Shown piece by piece: positions 30,502-40,678 of a stretch of 64,000 nt of DNA. Under the pieces are notes generated by a model, which searched no databases, was not told the DNA's origin, and was given only the letters and a program-made list of their open reading frames with translations. The stretch is taken from assembly GCA_965649105.1 (NCBI GenBank), contig CBFGJP010000002.1:637-64636 (forward strand), given 5' to 3'. Position 1 is the first letter of the stretch. Every line of letters starts with the position of its first letter. Both the position numbers and the translations under genes were made by a program. Source of the stretch: a candidate division WOR-3 bacterium. GTDB lineage: Bacteria > Hydrothermota > Tepidihabitantia > SM23-42 > JAOAFX01.

Positions 30502-31773
30502 ATGGCACAAAAAAGCAATTATCCGAGAGATATATCAATCGTCTCGGCGGTATTTATACTTTTGATAATTTTCCTGGCGATAGTAAATCTATACATTGGC
30601 ACCCAACTAAGAAAAACATTTCTGAATTCCCAGCAAGAAAAGATATACTCTATAGCAAGCCTTTGTGGTTATTATTTAAATAATCCCGATAGTGCAAAGG
30701 CATTAAAGATAATTTCCGAATCTTTTGGTATTGGTAGGCTCATTATCAGTGATTCTCTGGGTAGAAGGATTTATGATTCTGCCATTTCTGTGAAAATCCC
30801 CGGGATTGTCTTTGATGAAACAAGGAAATTTTCTAAATTACCCGGGCAGGGGGATATTATTCAAGTAGCTAATGATGTTGTCTATCATAATCCCCAGCCT
30901 GATTTTTATTTATATCTTTTTGACTTTACAAATTATGCAATGATTGATAATATCTTCCGCTGGCATATGATATATATCACACTATCTTTGCTTTTCATAT
31001 CATTTCTTGGTGTTTTTTTGCTCAGAAATCTTTTTCTACCAATGCAATATGTTGCGGGAGTTGCCCGCAAATACGGTATAGAAATGAAAAAAGAAGATTT
31101 TGTTTTCACAACCTTTGGTGAAATTTTTAACAAAATAAAAGAGAAAGAGAAAGAACTCCTTGAACTTTCTGCTTATATTGCCCATGAATTCAGAAATTCG
31201 CTTGCTACAATTACCGGTCTTGCACATTTGATTGAAAAAGGCAAAAAAGAGCCAGCAGAGATTATTAAAGAATGTAATATAATGGACGGTTTGATCAATA
31301 GCCTCATCGAATATGCCCGCCCGGTAAAATTGATGAAGACGGCATTCGAATTAACTACTTTGATTGACGAAGGAATAAAAAAGGCGAATATCCCTGTGGA
31401 AATAAAGGTTGAGAAAGATTATAAATACCAGGGAAAATTAACTGCTGATTATGAATTAATATTAGGTGCAGTAATTAATATTTTAAAAAACAGCGTTGAG
31501 GCAATGGACACAGGTGGTAAGATAAGAATAACTACGAATAAAAATAAAGAAGAAGATTCAGTTTTAATATCAATTGCTGATACTGGGAAAGGTATTCCAT
31601 CGGATATGATAAAAAATATTTTTAGTCCATTTTATTCAGGCAAAAAAGAAGGAACGGGACTGGGACTGGCATTTGTTAAAAAAGTCATCGATATTCATGA
31701 TGGAAGGATAAACGTTAATTCTAAGGTTGGCAAAGGGACAGAATTTTTAATAAGAATACCGCTCAATCTCTGA
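30502..31773 (+). CDS. sensor histidine kinase (orphan; no cognate response regulator adjacent)
   Basis: Two TM helices flanking a periplasmic domain; H-box AHEFRNSLATI; HATPase_c G-boxes (DTGKGIP, GTGLGLAFVKK). Confidence 0.8.
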   Translation: MAQKSNYPRDISIVSAVFILLIIFLAIVNLYIGTQLRKTFLNSQQEKIYSIASLCGYYLNNPDSAKALKIISESFGIGRLIISDSLGRRIYDSAISVKIPGIVFDETRKFSKLPGQGDIIQVANDVVYHNPQPDFYLYLFDFTNYAMIDNIFRWHMIYITLSLLFISFLGVFLLRNLFLPMQYVAGVARKYGIEMKKEDFVFTTFGEIFNKIKEKEKELLELSAYIAHEFRNSLATITGLAHLIEKGKKEPAEIIKECNIMDGLINSLIEYARPVKLMKTAFELTTLIDEGIKKANIPVEIKVEKDYKYQGKLTADYELILGAVINILKNSVEAMDTGGKIRITTNKNKEEDSVLISIADTGKGIPSDMIKNIFSPFYSGKKEGTGLGLAFVKKVIDIHDGRINVNSKVGKGTEFLIRIPLNL

Positions 31774-32466
31774 TTAGATCTTTTTAAGAATAAGCATCAT
31801 ATCCCGGGCGTTTTTCAACATGTTGTGATTATTATTAAAAAACACATATACTTTATCGGCATGAGCTAAAGCAATCCTTTTTGAAATCTCGTTTAACTCT
31901 TTTGTAGTATAATTATGGACATACCATTCAGTCCGGCCATGCATTCTTAGATAGATAATCCTTGCGGTGTTAAATATTGTGCGCGGAAATTCAGGTGCAT
32001 CAATTGATACAAGTGTGATCCCCAGGGATTCTGCCCATTTTAATATTTCTTCAACAAACCAGGTGTTATGTCTGAATTCAAGAGCAAATTTCTCATTAAT
32101 TTTGATTCTGTCAATAAACCCTGCGATTTTATCCCTTGCATTTTTACTTAAATTTGGTGGTAATTGGAAAAGATAAAAATCAATAAACTCCTCAAGGGGC
32201 ATAAATAAATTATGAAATGTTTTCCAGGTTTCCAATGCATTCTCAGAAAATTTATGTTGATGGGTAATAAGTCGGTTGACTTTTATCGCCCAGTGCAAAT
32301 TACTCCCCTTTTTTGCCCAGGATTTTATCTGGCTGGGAAATGGAAAATGATAAAAAGATGCATTCAACTCAATTGCGTTGAGTCCTGAATTTTTTATATA
32401 CCAGTCCAGGGTTAACCCTTCATTCCAATCATAATACCAGCCCGATGTCCCAATGAATATCTGCAT
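31774..32466 (-). CDS. DUF72 (YecE-like) family protein
   Basis: N-terminal IGTSGWYYDW signature and overall DUF72 pattern. Confidence 0.7.
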   Translation of the reverse strand: MQIFIGTSGWYYDWNEGLTLDWYIKNSGLNAIELNASFYHFPFPSQIKSWAKKGSNLHWAIKVNRLITHQHKFSENALETWKTFHNLFMPLEEFIDFYLFQLPPNLSKNARDKIAGFIDRIKINEKFALEFRHNTWFVEEILKWAESLGITLVSIDAPEFPRTIFNTARIIYLRMHGRTEWYVHNYTTKELNEISKRIALAHADKVYVFFNNNHNMLKNARDMMLILKKI

Positions 32467-32544
32467 TTTTTATTCTTTAATTTAAATAATACTGCACAAA
32501 TTTATTAAGTCAATCACAAGATGAGTATTAAATCTTCATCACCC

Positions 32545-32572
32545 TTGACGATGATAAAAATTTGATTATAGT
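32545..32572 (+). promoter_or_regulatory. sigma70-type promoter TTGACG-16-TATAGT for tldD-TPR-pyrKDFE operon
   Basis: ttgacg 32545-32550; tatagt 32567-32572; AGGAG RBS. Confidence 0.5.
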
Positions 32573-32591
32573 TAAATTACAGGAGTAGAAA

Positions 32592-34019
32592 ATGGAAAAG
32601 ATATTAAAGAATATAATTGACACATTGAAATTAAAAAAAGCTACATACGGTGATGTGCGCCTTGTTCAAGAAGAGACCGAGACTATAATGATAAAGAACG
32701 GAATCGTCGAGGCACTCACCCATAGTTTTGATATGGGATTTGGTGTAAGGGTACTAAAAAATAACGCCTGGGGATTTGCTTCTTCAAACTTGGTTAATAA
32801 TAGTGAGGGGAACCGCGTGACAAAGAATGCACTATTGATTGCCGGAGCGTCAGCAAAGATTAAAGGGAATCCGGTAATCTTGAGCCCCATTGGGCCACAA
32901 AATGGTTCATACCTTACTGCAGTCAAGGTCGATCCATTCAAACTCCCGTTGAGCAAAAAGATTGACCTATTACTTAAATGTGATAAAGTGATATCTGGAG
33001 ATCAAAGAATAAAGACAAGATTTTCTTTTATATCATTCCGCCGGGTGAAGGTCTATTTCTATTCCACCGAGGGGTCTAAGATAATTCAGGAATTCACCTA
33101 TGTGGGTGGCGGAGTAAAGGCATTTGCCATGGACCAGGGCGAATTACAAATTCGTTCTTATGATGATTATGGACAGGCAGGTTATGAATTTATAGAAGGA
33201 TTGGATTTAATTAAAAATGCTGAACGGGTAAAGGAAGAAGCCATTATGCTTTTGAGTGCAAAACCCTGTCCTTCTATGAAAACAACGGTGATTCTTGATT
33301 CCAATCAGATGGTCCTGCAGGTTCATGAATCCTGTGGACATCCAACTGAACTTGATCGCGTTTTAGGAACCGAAGCTTCCTATGCAGGCACATCTTTCAT
33401 GACACCAGAAAAACTGAACAATCTAAGATACGGTTCTGATATTGTGAATATTGTAGCAGATGCTACAATCCCTGGTGGTCTTGGTACATTTGGTTGGGAT
33501 GATGAGGGTATACCAGCGCAGAAAGTATACTTAATAAAAAATGGTTTATTCGTAGGTTATCAAAGTTCTCGAGAAACAGCACCGGTGGTAAACGCCAAAT
33601 CAAGCGGCAATATGAGGGCGGATGGTTGGAACCGGATACCACTGATAAGAATGACGAATATAAATCTCTTACCGGGTGAATGGAAACTTGAAGATATGAT
33701 TGCCGATACAAAAGAAGGTATCTTTATGACAACGAATAAATCATGGTCGATTGATGATAAAAGATTGAATTTCCAATTTGGTTGTGAACTCGCACGCAGA
33801 ATTGAAAATGGAAAATTGACAGAGGTTTATAAGAATCCAACTTATGCAGATATAACACCACAGTTCTGGAATAAATGTGATGCCATAGGGAATAAGGATT
33901 ATTGGCATCTCTACGGGGTACCTAATTGTGGAAAGGGTGAACCTGGACAGACGATGTTCGTTGGGCACGCAACGGCACCTGCCCGATTTAGAGACGTCCA
34001 GGTTGGGATTGCAAAATGA
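32592..34019 (+). CDS. tldD: TldD-family metalloprotease (cytoplasmic)
   Basis: 475 aa; TldD/PmbA fold pattern with HESCGHPTELD (HExxxH) motif. Confidence 0.8.
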   Translation: MEKILKNIIDTLKLKKATYGDVRLVQEETETIMIKNGIVEALTHSFDMGFGVRVLKNNAWGFASSNLVNNSEGNRVTKNALLIAGASAKIKGNPVILSPIGPQNGSYLTAVKVDPFKLPLSKKIDLLLKCDKVISGDQRIKTRFSFISFRRVKVYFYSTEGSKIIQEFTYVGGGVKAFAMDQGELQIRSYDDYGQAGYEFIEGLDLIKNAERVKEEAIMLLSAKPCPSMKTTVILDSNQMVLQVHESCGHPTELDRVLGTEASYAGTSFMTPEKLNNLRYGSDIVNIVADATIPGGLGTFGWDDEGIPAQKVYLIKNGLFVGYQSSRETAPVVNAKSSGNMRADGWNRIPLIRMTNINLLPGEWKLEDMIADTKEGIFMTTNKSWSIDDKRLNFQFGCELARRIENGKLTEVYKNPTYADITPQFWNKCDAIGNKDYWHLYGVPNCGKGEPGQTMFVGHATAPARFRDVQVGIAK

Positions 34020-34041
34020 TGTTAAATAGCTAAAGTTTAAA

Positions 34042-35325
34042 ATGTCTAAACAGTTAAATTCCAAATTAGGATTTTTCTTGTTGACTATGCTAACACATTG
34101 TGCTTATTTCAACACCTTTTATAATGCCCAAAATTATTTTAATCAGGGAATGAAATTGGTTAAAGACGACACCCTTAAATACGATAATGAATATTTTGAC
34201 AAGACTATTGAAAAGTCTGCATTGGTGATTGCTAAATATCCAGAGTCAAGATATGTTGACGATGCCTTATTTATGATGGGTGTAGCATATTATTTTAAAG
34301 GTGACTATACCCGGGCGATTGATAAACTTGAATTTCTAACTACAAACTTCCCGGCTTCAAAACTATATGATGATGCAATGTACTATAGTGGGCTTGCATA
34401 CTACAAGAATGATAAATTGAGTAAAGCAATAATTGCTTTGAAAGAGGCAACAAAAACCAAAAGTTTTAGCAAAAGAGCAAATATAGTGCTCTGCTATGCA
34501 TACTTTCGTGATCGGAATTATCGCGATTTAATGAATACCGCCCATTCACTTCTCCAGGAAAAACTAAGACGTCGTGAAAGATTGGTTATATTGAATATAC
34601 TCGGTGAAGCAGCTTATTTAATGAATGAATATGAATCCGCGCTTCAGACTTTTAACGAAGTAAAAATTTTACAGGATTCTCCTCAAGAAAAGAAAAATAC
34701 AAAATTGAAGATTGCTAATATTTACCTAAAAATGGGTAAATATGATGAATGCAAAAATTTCCTTCAAAATGAATCGGACCCTGAATTCAGGGTGTTGCTT
34801 GCTGATTTATATGTCCAAACCGATAGTATTGAAACCGCAAAGGAGTTATATAAAGAAATAAAAGAGACCCAGGCGCCTGAATTTGCAGCTAAGGCACTAT
34901 ACGAACTTGCTCTGGTTGCGGAGAAAGAAGATAGCCTTGAACTGGCAATTGCATATTACGATTCACTCATTCCTAAGGCAAGTGGCGAGATTCTGAACAA
35001 GGCAAAAGCGCGGTCTGAAATCTTAAAAAAAATAGTAGAATTAACAAAAAAAACTGATGAACTTGATAAAGCACAATTTGCATTGGGTGAATTGTATTTT
35101 GTTGATGTGAAGGATATCCCAAGGGCAATGAAATATTATGAGAATGTATATGTAAATTATCCAAAAAGTAGTTTTTCACCCAAAGCATTGTATGCAAATT
35201 TCTGGATAAGCAAAATGATTTTAAAACAGGACAGTCTTGCACAGAAACTGGTAGATGAATTGATTAAAAGATATCCGGATACTGAATATGCTCAGAGCGC
35301 AATTAATTTAATGAATAAGGAATGA
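34042..35325 (+). CDS. TPR-repeat lipoprotein
   Basis: Lipobox LTMLTHC|A; multiple TPR repeats (YxxAxxxxxxxxY pattern). Confidence 0.65.
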   Translation: MSKQLNSKLGFFLLTMLTHCAYFNTFYNAQNYFNQGMKLVKDDTLKYDNEYFDKTIEKSALVIAKYPESRYVDDALFMMGVAYYFKGDYTRAIDKLEFLTTNFPASKLYDDAMYYSGLAYYKNDKLSKAIIALKEATKTKSFSKRANIVLCYAYFRDRNYRDLMNTAHSLLQEKLRRRERLVILNILGEAAYLMNEYESALQTFNEVKILQDSPQEKKNTKLKIANIYLKMGKYDECKNFLQNESDPEFRVLLADLYVQTDSIETAKELYKEIKETQAPEFAAKALYELALVAEKEDSLELAIAYYDSLIPKASGEILNKAKARSEILKKIVELTKKTDELDKAQFALGELYFVDVKDIPRAMKYYENVYVNYPKSSFSPKALYANFWISKMILKQDSLAQKLVDELIKRYPDTEYAQSAINLMNKE

Positions 35326-36068
35326 TAGAAAATCGAGTCAAAATTTTAAGAAAAAGATGGCTTGGTCCGGATATTTTTAGTATTGAATGTGGCCCATTAA
35401 GAATAAATCCCGCACCCGGACAGTTTTTACAAATTCAGGTGAACGAGTCATTTGACCCTTTATTAAATAGACCTATAAGCATTGCTGATTATTCAAAAAA
35501 CAAAGTGTTGATGATTATTAAAGTTGTGGGCAAAGGGACAAAGATCTTGGGTGAAAAAAAATGTGGTGATGAATTGATTGTCTTTGGACCTTTTGGCAGA
35601 AGATTAAAATTAAAGAAAAAAAAGAGCATTATAATTGCTGGAGGCATTGGAGTTGCGCCGCTGTATTTCCTTGCTCAACATCTTAAAAAATTAAGAACTG
35701 ATTTTACATTTATATATGGTGCTAAAAAACCTGAAGACCTTGTATTAAAAAGCGAGATTAAAAAAATCTGCTCTAATTCAATATTTATAACCGAATCAGG
35801 AAGAAGGAAGACCGGAACTGCTCTCTCCATTTTGAATGAGATAGAACTGCATGACTATGAAATCGGTTACGCCTGCGGTCCAAAGACAATGTTAAAAGAA
35901 TTAAAAAAAATGGATTTTAAATTCCCCATGTATGCTTTCTGTGAAGATTTTCTCGGTTGTGGCTGTGGACTATGCCTTGGTTGCGCAATTAGATATTATG
36001 GAACATATAAAAGGATATGTGAAGATGGTCCAGTATTTGAACTTAAAGGGATAGAATTCAATGATTGA
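35322..36068 (+). CDS. pyrK: dihydroorotate dehydrogenase (class 1B) electron-transfer subunit
   Basis: FAD/NAD-binding ferredoxin-reductase fold (RPISIAD…) and C-terminal Cys cluster CGCGLCLGCA for [2Fe-2S]. Confidence 0.85.
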   Translation: MIENRVKILRKRWLGPDIFSIECGPLRINPAPGQFLQIQVNESFDPLLNRPISIADYSKNKVLMIIKVVGKGTKILGEKKCGDELIVFGPFGRRLKLKKKKSIIIAGGIGVAPLYFLAQHLKKLRTDFTFIYGAKKPEDLVLKSEIKKICSNSIFITESGRRKTGTALSILNEIELHDYEIGYACGPKTMLKELKKMDFKFPMYAFCEDFLGCGCGLCLGCAIRYYGTYKRICEDGPVFELKGIEFND

Positions 36069-36894
36069 GTTGTTTGATTTAAAATTCAAAAATCCTGTTT
36101 TCCTTGCGTCAGGGGTGTTCGGGTTTGGGTTGAAATATAAATCCATAACCAGAGCCGTTGGGGGAATTTTCACCAAGGGGATTACCTTAATGCCGAGAAT
36201 AGGAAATCCACCACCCAGAATTTATGAAACTTCATCGGGAGTTATAAATTCTGTTGGGCTTGAAAATCCCGGAGTAAAAGAATTCAAAAAAAATATACTA
36301 CCACGAATTAAAAAAATAAACGACCGCATTTTTGTAAACATTGCAGGATTTAAGGTTGAAGAATATGTAAAGATTGTAGAAGAAATTGGTGATGATGTAA
36401 CGGGCTTTGAACTAAACGTTTCCTGCCCCAATGTGAAAGAAGGGGGTGTATTATTTGGACAAAATCCTGGGATAGTCAGCAGAATTGTAAAAATGGTGCG
36501 CAAAAAAACAAAACTACCAATTATTGTGAAGTTAACGACGAATTTCTGTGACCCGCTGATTGTAGCCAGGGCGAGCATCGAGTCTGGTGCTGATGGTATT
36601 TCATTAATTAATACAATCTATGGGATGGCATTTGATATAAATACAAGAAAGCCATTAATCAAAGGTGGTTTATCCGGGCCGGCAATAAAACCCTTTGCCC
36701 TGTATTGTGTTCACCGACTGAAGGATCTAAATATACCAATAATTGGTATGGGTGGTATTATGAGTGGGAGAGATGCTTACGAATTCATCCTTGCCGGTGC
36801 ATCAGCCGTCGCTGTAGGAACTGCGGTTTTACGCGATCCCTATGCGCCAATTAGAATTATCAGAGAATTAAATTCCCTGTTAAAAGGGAGGTAG
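36061..36894 (+). CDS. pyrD: dihydroorotate dehydrogenase (class 1B) catalytic subunit
   Basis: TIM-barrel DHOD motifs (NSVGLENPG, NVSCPN, GIMSGRDA). Confidence 0.9.
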   Translation: MIELFDLKFKNPVFLASGVFGFGLKYKSITRAVGGIFTKGITLMPRIGNPPPRIYETSSGVINSVGLENPGVKEFKKNILPRIKKINDRIFVNIAGFKVEEYVKIVEEIGDDVTGFELNVSCPNVKEGGVLFGQNPGIVSRIVKMVRKKTKLPIIVKLTTNFCDPLIVARASIESGADGISLINTIYGMAFDINTRKPLIKGGLSGPAIKPFALYCVHRLKDLNIPIIGMGGIMSGRDAYEFILAGASAVAVGTAVLRDPYAPIRIIRELNSLLKGR

Positions 36895-36895
36895 T

Positions 36896-37615
36896 ATGTC
36901 AGAAAAATTGATTGTTGCACTTGATTCAAATGATATAAATAAAATAAAAATGTTGGTAGATAAATTACAGGGGGTAGTGAAATGTTTCAAAGTAGGGGCA
37001 ATTCCTTTTACCTCTTTTGGTCCGGAAATTGTGCGCTTTTTAAAAGAACGGGGACTTAAGGTGATGCTCGATTTAAAATATCACGACATTCCCAATACTG
37101 TTGCCCGTGCTTGCGAAAGTGCGATGGAACTTGGTGTTGATATGCTCACAATGCATACCAGTGGTGGATTTATGATGATGGAAGAGGCAGTAAAAGCAGT
37201 TTCTATTGTGTCTGATGTCAAAAAACTTCCCAGACCGAAACTGCTGGGTATCACGGTCCTAACCAGTATAGATGAAGCATATTTTAAAGATCTGTTTGGC
37301 GATGTAAAAAGAACAATTGAAGAACAGGTTGTATTCCTTGCCCGTCTTGCCCAGAGTGCAGGCTTAGATGGAGTGGTTGCTTCTCCCCAAGAAATAGAAA
37401 GTATTAGAAATAATTGTGGCAGGGATTTTTTGATTGTTACACCGGGAATCAGAACAGAAGGCGAAATGGTTGAAGACCAGGCACGGACGATGACCCCGGC
37501 ACGGGCGATAAAATCCGGAGCCGATTTTATTGTTGTGGGCAGACCAATCGTTGCAGCAAAAGACCCACTTCATGCCACAAAAAATATAATTAAGGAGATT
37601 GAAAATGCAAGTTGA
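36896..37615 (+). CDS. pyrF: orotidine-5'-phosphate decarboxylase
   Basis: LIVALD…DLKYHDIPNT…VVGRPI motifs. Confidence 0.9.
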   Translation: MSEKLIVALDSNDINKIKMLVDKLQGVVKCFKVGAIPFTSFGPEIVRFLKERGLKVMLDLKYHDIPNTVARACESAMELGVDMLTMHTSGGFMMMEEAVKAVSIVSDVKKLPRPKLLGITVLTSIDEAYFKDLFGDVKRTIEEQVVFLARLAQSAGLDGVVASPQEIESIRNNCGRDFLIVTPGIRTEGEMVEDQARTMTPARAIKSGADFIVVGRPIVAAKDPLHATKNIIKEIENAS

Positions 37616-38153
37616 AGATATTCTAAAAAAATACAAAGTATTAATAGAAGGACACTTTATCTTAAATTCAGGCTTGCACAGCAAATACTACTTTGAAAAA
37701 TTTCGCATCCTTGAAAATCCCGAAGCCACAAGCATACTCTGTGCAATGATTGCAGAAAAATTTAAAGATAAGAATATTGAATGGGTGATTGGACCAACAA
37801 CCGGTGGAATAATTATTGCCTTTGAAACTGCCCGACAATTGAAATGTAATGCGGGATTTGCTGAGGAACGAGAGGAGAAAAGAGTTGTCGCAAGGGGCTT
37901 TGACATTTCTGAAAAGAATGTTCTGATAGTTGATGATGTTTTGACCACTGGTAAGTCACTGAATGAAACTATAGAAGCGGTGAAGGAAAAGGGTGCAAAT
38001 ATAGTAGGCATTGTCGTATTGATTGACCGCAGTTCTTCCAAAATGCCATTCGAATATCAATCACTTTATAAAAAAGAGGTGCAAAATTTTAGACCCGAAG
38101 AATGTCCATTATGTAGCAATAATATTCCAATAACAAAACCGGGGGGCGCTTAA
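37599..38153 (+). CDS. pyrE: orotate phosphoribosyltransferase
   Basis: PRPP-binding LIVDDVLTTGKS motif; family length. Confidence 0.9.
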   Translation: MKMQVEDILKKYKVLIEGHFILNSGLHSKYYFEKFRILENPEATSILCAMIAEKFKDKNIEWVIGPTTGGIIIAFETARQLKCNAGFAEEREEKRVVARGFDISEKNVLIVDDVLTTGKSLNETIEAVKEKGANIVGIVVLIDRSSSKMPFEYQSLYKKEVQNFRPEECPLCSNNIPITKPGGA

Positions 38154-38293
38154 ACCTGAATATTATTGTAAATATCCTTAATTTTTGCTACTCTTCTTCC
38201 TGGGTAAGCGCATCGGTATTTATACCTTTAATCGCACAGCAGTATACTGATAATCTTTTTCTGATTTCACTCATACTCGTATTATATAATGGA

Positions 38294-39229
38294 ATGCTCT
38301 TTTTTTCTTCATTTCTATTCGGCAGGCTTGGTGATTTTTATGGCCGGAAAAAAATCATTATGTGGGGATTTTTAATTTCTTCAATTGTATTATATGCCCA
38401 TACTCTAATAAAAAATCTGCCGGCAATTTTTATACTACGCGGATTGGCTGGTTTGAGCATTGGAATGATTCCAGGCTCAGTTATCGCACTTGCCTGGGGA
38501 AATTCTCTGGGCTGGTTTTCAGGGTTTGGTTCTCTGGGTTATACATTAGGCAATTTTATTCCTGGTATTCTGAAAAATAATTTTATAATTTTTATGACAG
38601 CAGCTCTGTTATGTATGCTCGGATTTATTTTCAGCCTCTTAATTAAGGAAGAAGAAAAGAAAATTTCGGTGCCATTATTTCCCTATCAGATTATCAGAAA
38701 AAATCTTGGTGTTTATTTACCGTTCTTTATAAGACATAGCGCGGCTCAGGCAATATGGGCAATATTTCCAATATACCTTACCGAACTTGGTGCTAATAAA
38801 TTTCACATAGGTATATTGTACGCAATAAACCCCTTTGCCCAGTTCATTTTTATGGTTCTTATGGAAAAAGAAAACTGTGAAAAATTGATTCTTATGGGAA
38901 TCATCTGCTCTGCCCTCACATTCTTAGGCTACGGGCTTTCCCACAATTGGCGGGTGATGATATTTTTACAGGTCCTGCTCGGATTTTCCTGGGCAACATT
39001 ATATCTGGGTTCAATTAAGTATTTATTGAAGAACAACTTTGAACAGGCAACTGTTTCTGGTTTTTTGAACTCAGTCATTGGTCTATCCGGTATTGCAGGT
39101 CCATTATTGGGCGGTGTTATTGCTACCTTTGGTATTCGAGTTTTATTATTTTCCTCAGCAGTTTTATCTTTCCTCGCATTTTTCATAAAAAGGAGTATGT
39201 TAGAAAATTCAAAATCTATTAATGTCTAA
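38294..39229 (+). CDS. MFS transporter (N-terminal TM1 apparently encoded upstream of the first start codon)
   Basis: Motif A GRLGDFYGRKKII near the annotated N-terminus. In-frame upstream codons 38123-38293 encode a TM1-like helix but contain no ATG/GTG/TTG. Confidence 0.6.
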   Translation: MLFFSSFLFGRLGDFYGRKKIIMWGFLISSIVLYAHTLIKNLPAIFILRGLAGLSIGMIPGSVIALAWGNSLGWFSGFGSLGYTLGNFIPGILKNNFIIFMTAALLCMLGFIFSLLIKEEEKKISVPLFPYQIIRKNLGVYLPFFIRHSAAQAIWAIFPIYLTELGANKFHIGILYAINPFAQFIFMVLMEKENCEKLILMGIICSALTFLGYGLSHNWRVMIFLQVLLGFSWATLYLGSIKYLLKNNFEQATVSGFLNSVIGLSGIAGPLLGGVIATFGIRVLLFSSAVLSFLAFFIKRSMLENSKSINV

Positions 39230-39257
39230 ATGCTGTGAAACAGCTTGTTATAGAATG

Positions 39258-39285
39258 TTGACAAATAATACTAAAAGTTTATAAT
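39258..39285 (+). promoter_or_regulatory. sigma70-type promoter TTGACA-16-TATAAT for rnpB
   Basis: ttgaca 39258-39263; tataat 39280-39285. Confidence 0.6.
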
Positions 39286-39289
39286 ATTA

Positions 39290-39720
39290 CCGGGGTGGTC
39301 GGATAGCCGCCTTGCACTGCTGGTGCGAGGAGGAAAGTCCGGGCTTCACAGGGCAGGATGCTTCCTAACGGGAAGGGGCTGTCTATGAATGGATTTGCAT
39401 CGGTTAAATGCAAAACATTCTTAGATGGCTACGGAAAGTGCCACAGAAAATATACCGCCTGCCGCTATTGCTGGCAGGTAAGGGTGAAAAGGTGGGGTAA
39501 GAGCCCACCGCTCCAGTGGTGACACTGGAGGCATGGCAAACCCCATCCGAAGCAAGACCAAACAGTCCTGTATATAGTTGCCCGCTTGGTCTTAAAAAGA
39601 CGCAGGACAGGTAGGTCGCTTGAGTCCGATGGTGACATCGGTCCCAGATAAATGGCTATCTATGTCCGCCATTCACTATGGCGAACTAAAACAGAACCCG
39701 GCTTATGAACCACCCCATCC
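39290..39720 (+). ncRNA. rnpB: RNase P RNA (bacterial type A)
   Basis: Conserved GAGGAAAGTCCGGGCTTCACAGGGCA (P4 region), AAGGGTGAAAAGGTGGGGTAAGAGCCCACC, and 3' ACAGAACCCGGCTTA…ACCACCCC pairing with 5' GGGGTGGT (P1). Confidence 0.85.
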
Positions 39721-39725
39721 TACTA

Positions 39726-39753
39726 CTTGATATATTCTTTTATTTCAGTAAAA
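39726..39753 (+). promoter_or_regulatory. sigma70-type promoter TTGATA-16-TAAAAT; leaderless start at ATG 39761
   Basis: ttgata 39726-39731; taaaat 39748-39753; ATG 7 nt later. Confidence 0.45.
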
Positions 39754-39760
39754 TTGCAGA

Positions 39761-40678
39761 ATGGATAAACAAAAGAAGGCATATATTTTTGCACTAATTG
39801 TAGTTTTGTTTTGGGCGACCGTTGCTTCAGCATTTAAGATTACACTTAGATATCTAAATTTTATACAATTAGTATTCTGGTCATCTTTTACTTCAATGAT
39901 TGTATTATTCTGTATATCTTTGTTTGAAAGACAGATAAAACAATTTTTAACAACATTCAAAAAAGGTTGGTTAAATTCTTTATTCCTCGGGTTCCTCAAT
40001 CCATTTCTCTACTATCTTGTTCTTTTCAAAGCATATTCTTTATTGCCCGCTCAGCAGGCACAGCCATTGAACCAAACCTGGGCAATTATTCTCGCATTTC
40101 TTTCCGCAATTATACTTAAACAGAAGATTGGATTAAAAAGTATCGTTGCTCTTTTTATAAGTTTTTCTGGGGTGCTTTTAATATCAACCCGTGGTGAATT
40201 GACTGCCCTTAAATTTTCCAGTGTCCCTGGCGTATTGCTGGCCTTAGGAAGTGCTTTTATCTGGGCATTTTACTGGATATTGAATGTAAAGGACCCGCGT
40301 GACCCGATTATAAAACTCTGTACAAATTTTGTTTTCGGTACATTTTACATTTTAATATCAATGTTAATAGTAAAAGAAAAATTCTTTCCCAATTCATACG
40401 GTATTATTGGCGGAATCTATATCGGTATTTTTGAAATGGGGGTGGCTTTCTATTTCTGGCTTAAGGCATTAAGTCTGTCGAGAACAACTGCGAAGATTGG
40501 CAATATGGTTTATCTGGTTCCATTCCTTTCCCTCATTGTTATTAGATTGACTGTGGGTGAAAGGATTTTGCCTGCTACAATCTTTGGTTTAATCTGTATC
40601 GTCATTGGAATATTTATTCAGCAGTATAATTTCAATCAGCGAAAGAATACGAATAATAGGATGCTCGATATTAAATAA
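39761..40678 (+). CDS. EamA/DMT-family transporter
   Basis: 305 aa, ten TM helices in two EamA-like halves. Confidence 0.75.
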   Translation: MDKQKKAYIFALIVVLFWATVASAFKITLRYLNFIQLVFWSSFTSMIVLFCISLFERQIKQFLTTFKKGWLNSLFLGFLNPFLYYLVLFKAYSLLPAQQAQPLNQTWAIILAFLSAIILKQKIGLKSIVALFISFSGVLLISTRGELTALKFSSVPGVLLALGSAFIWAFYWILNVKDPRDPIIKLCTNFVFGTFYILISMLIVKEKFFPNSYGIIGGIYIGIFEMGVAFYFWLKALSLSRTTAKIGNMVYLVPFLSLIVIRLTVGERILPATIFGLICIVIGIFIQQYNFNQRKNTNNRMLDIK

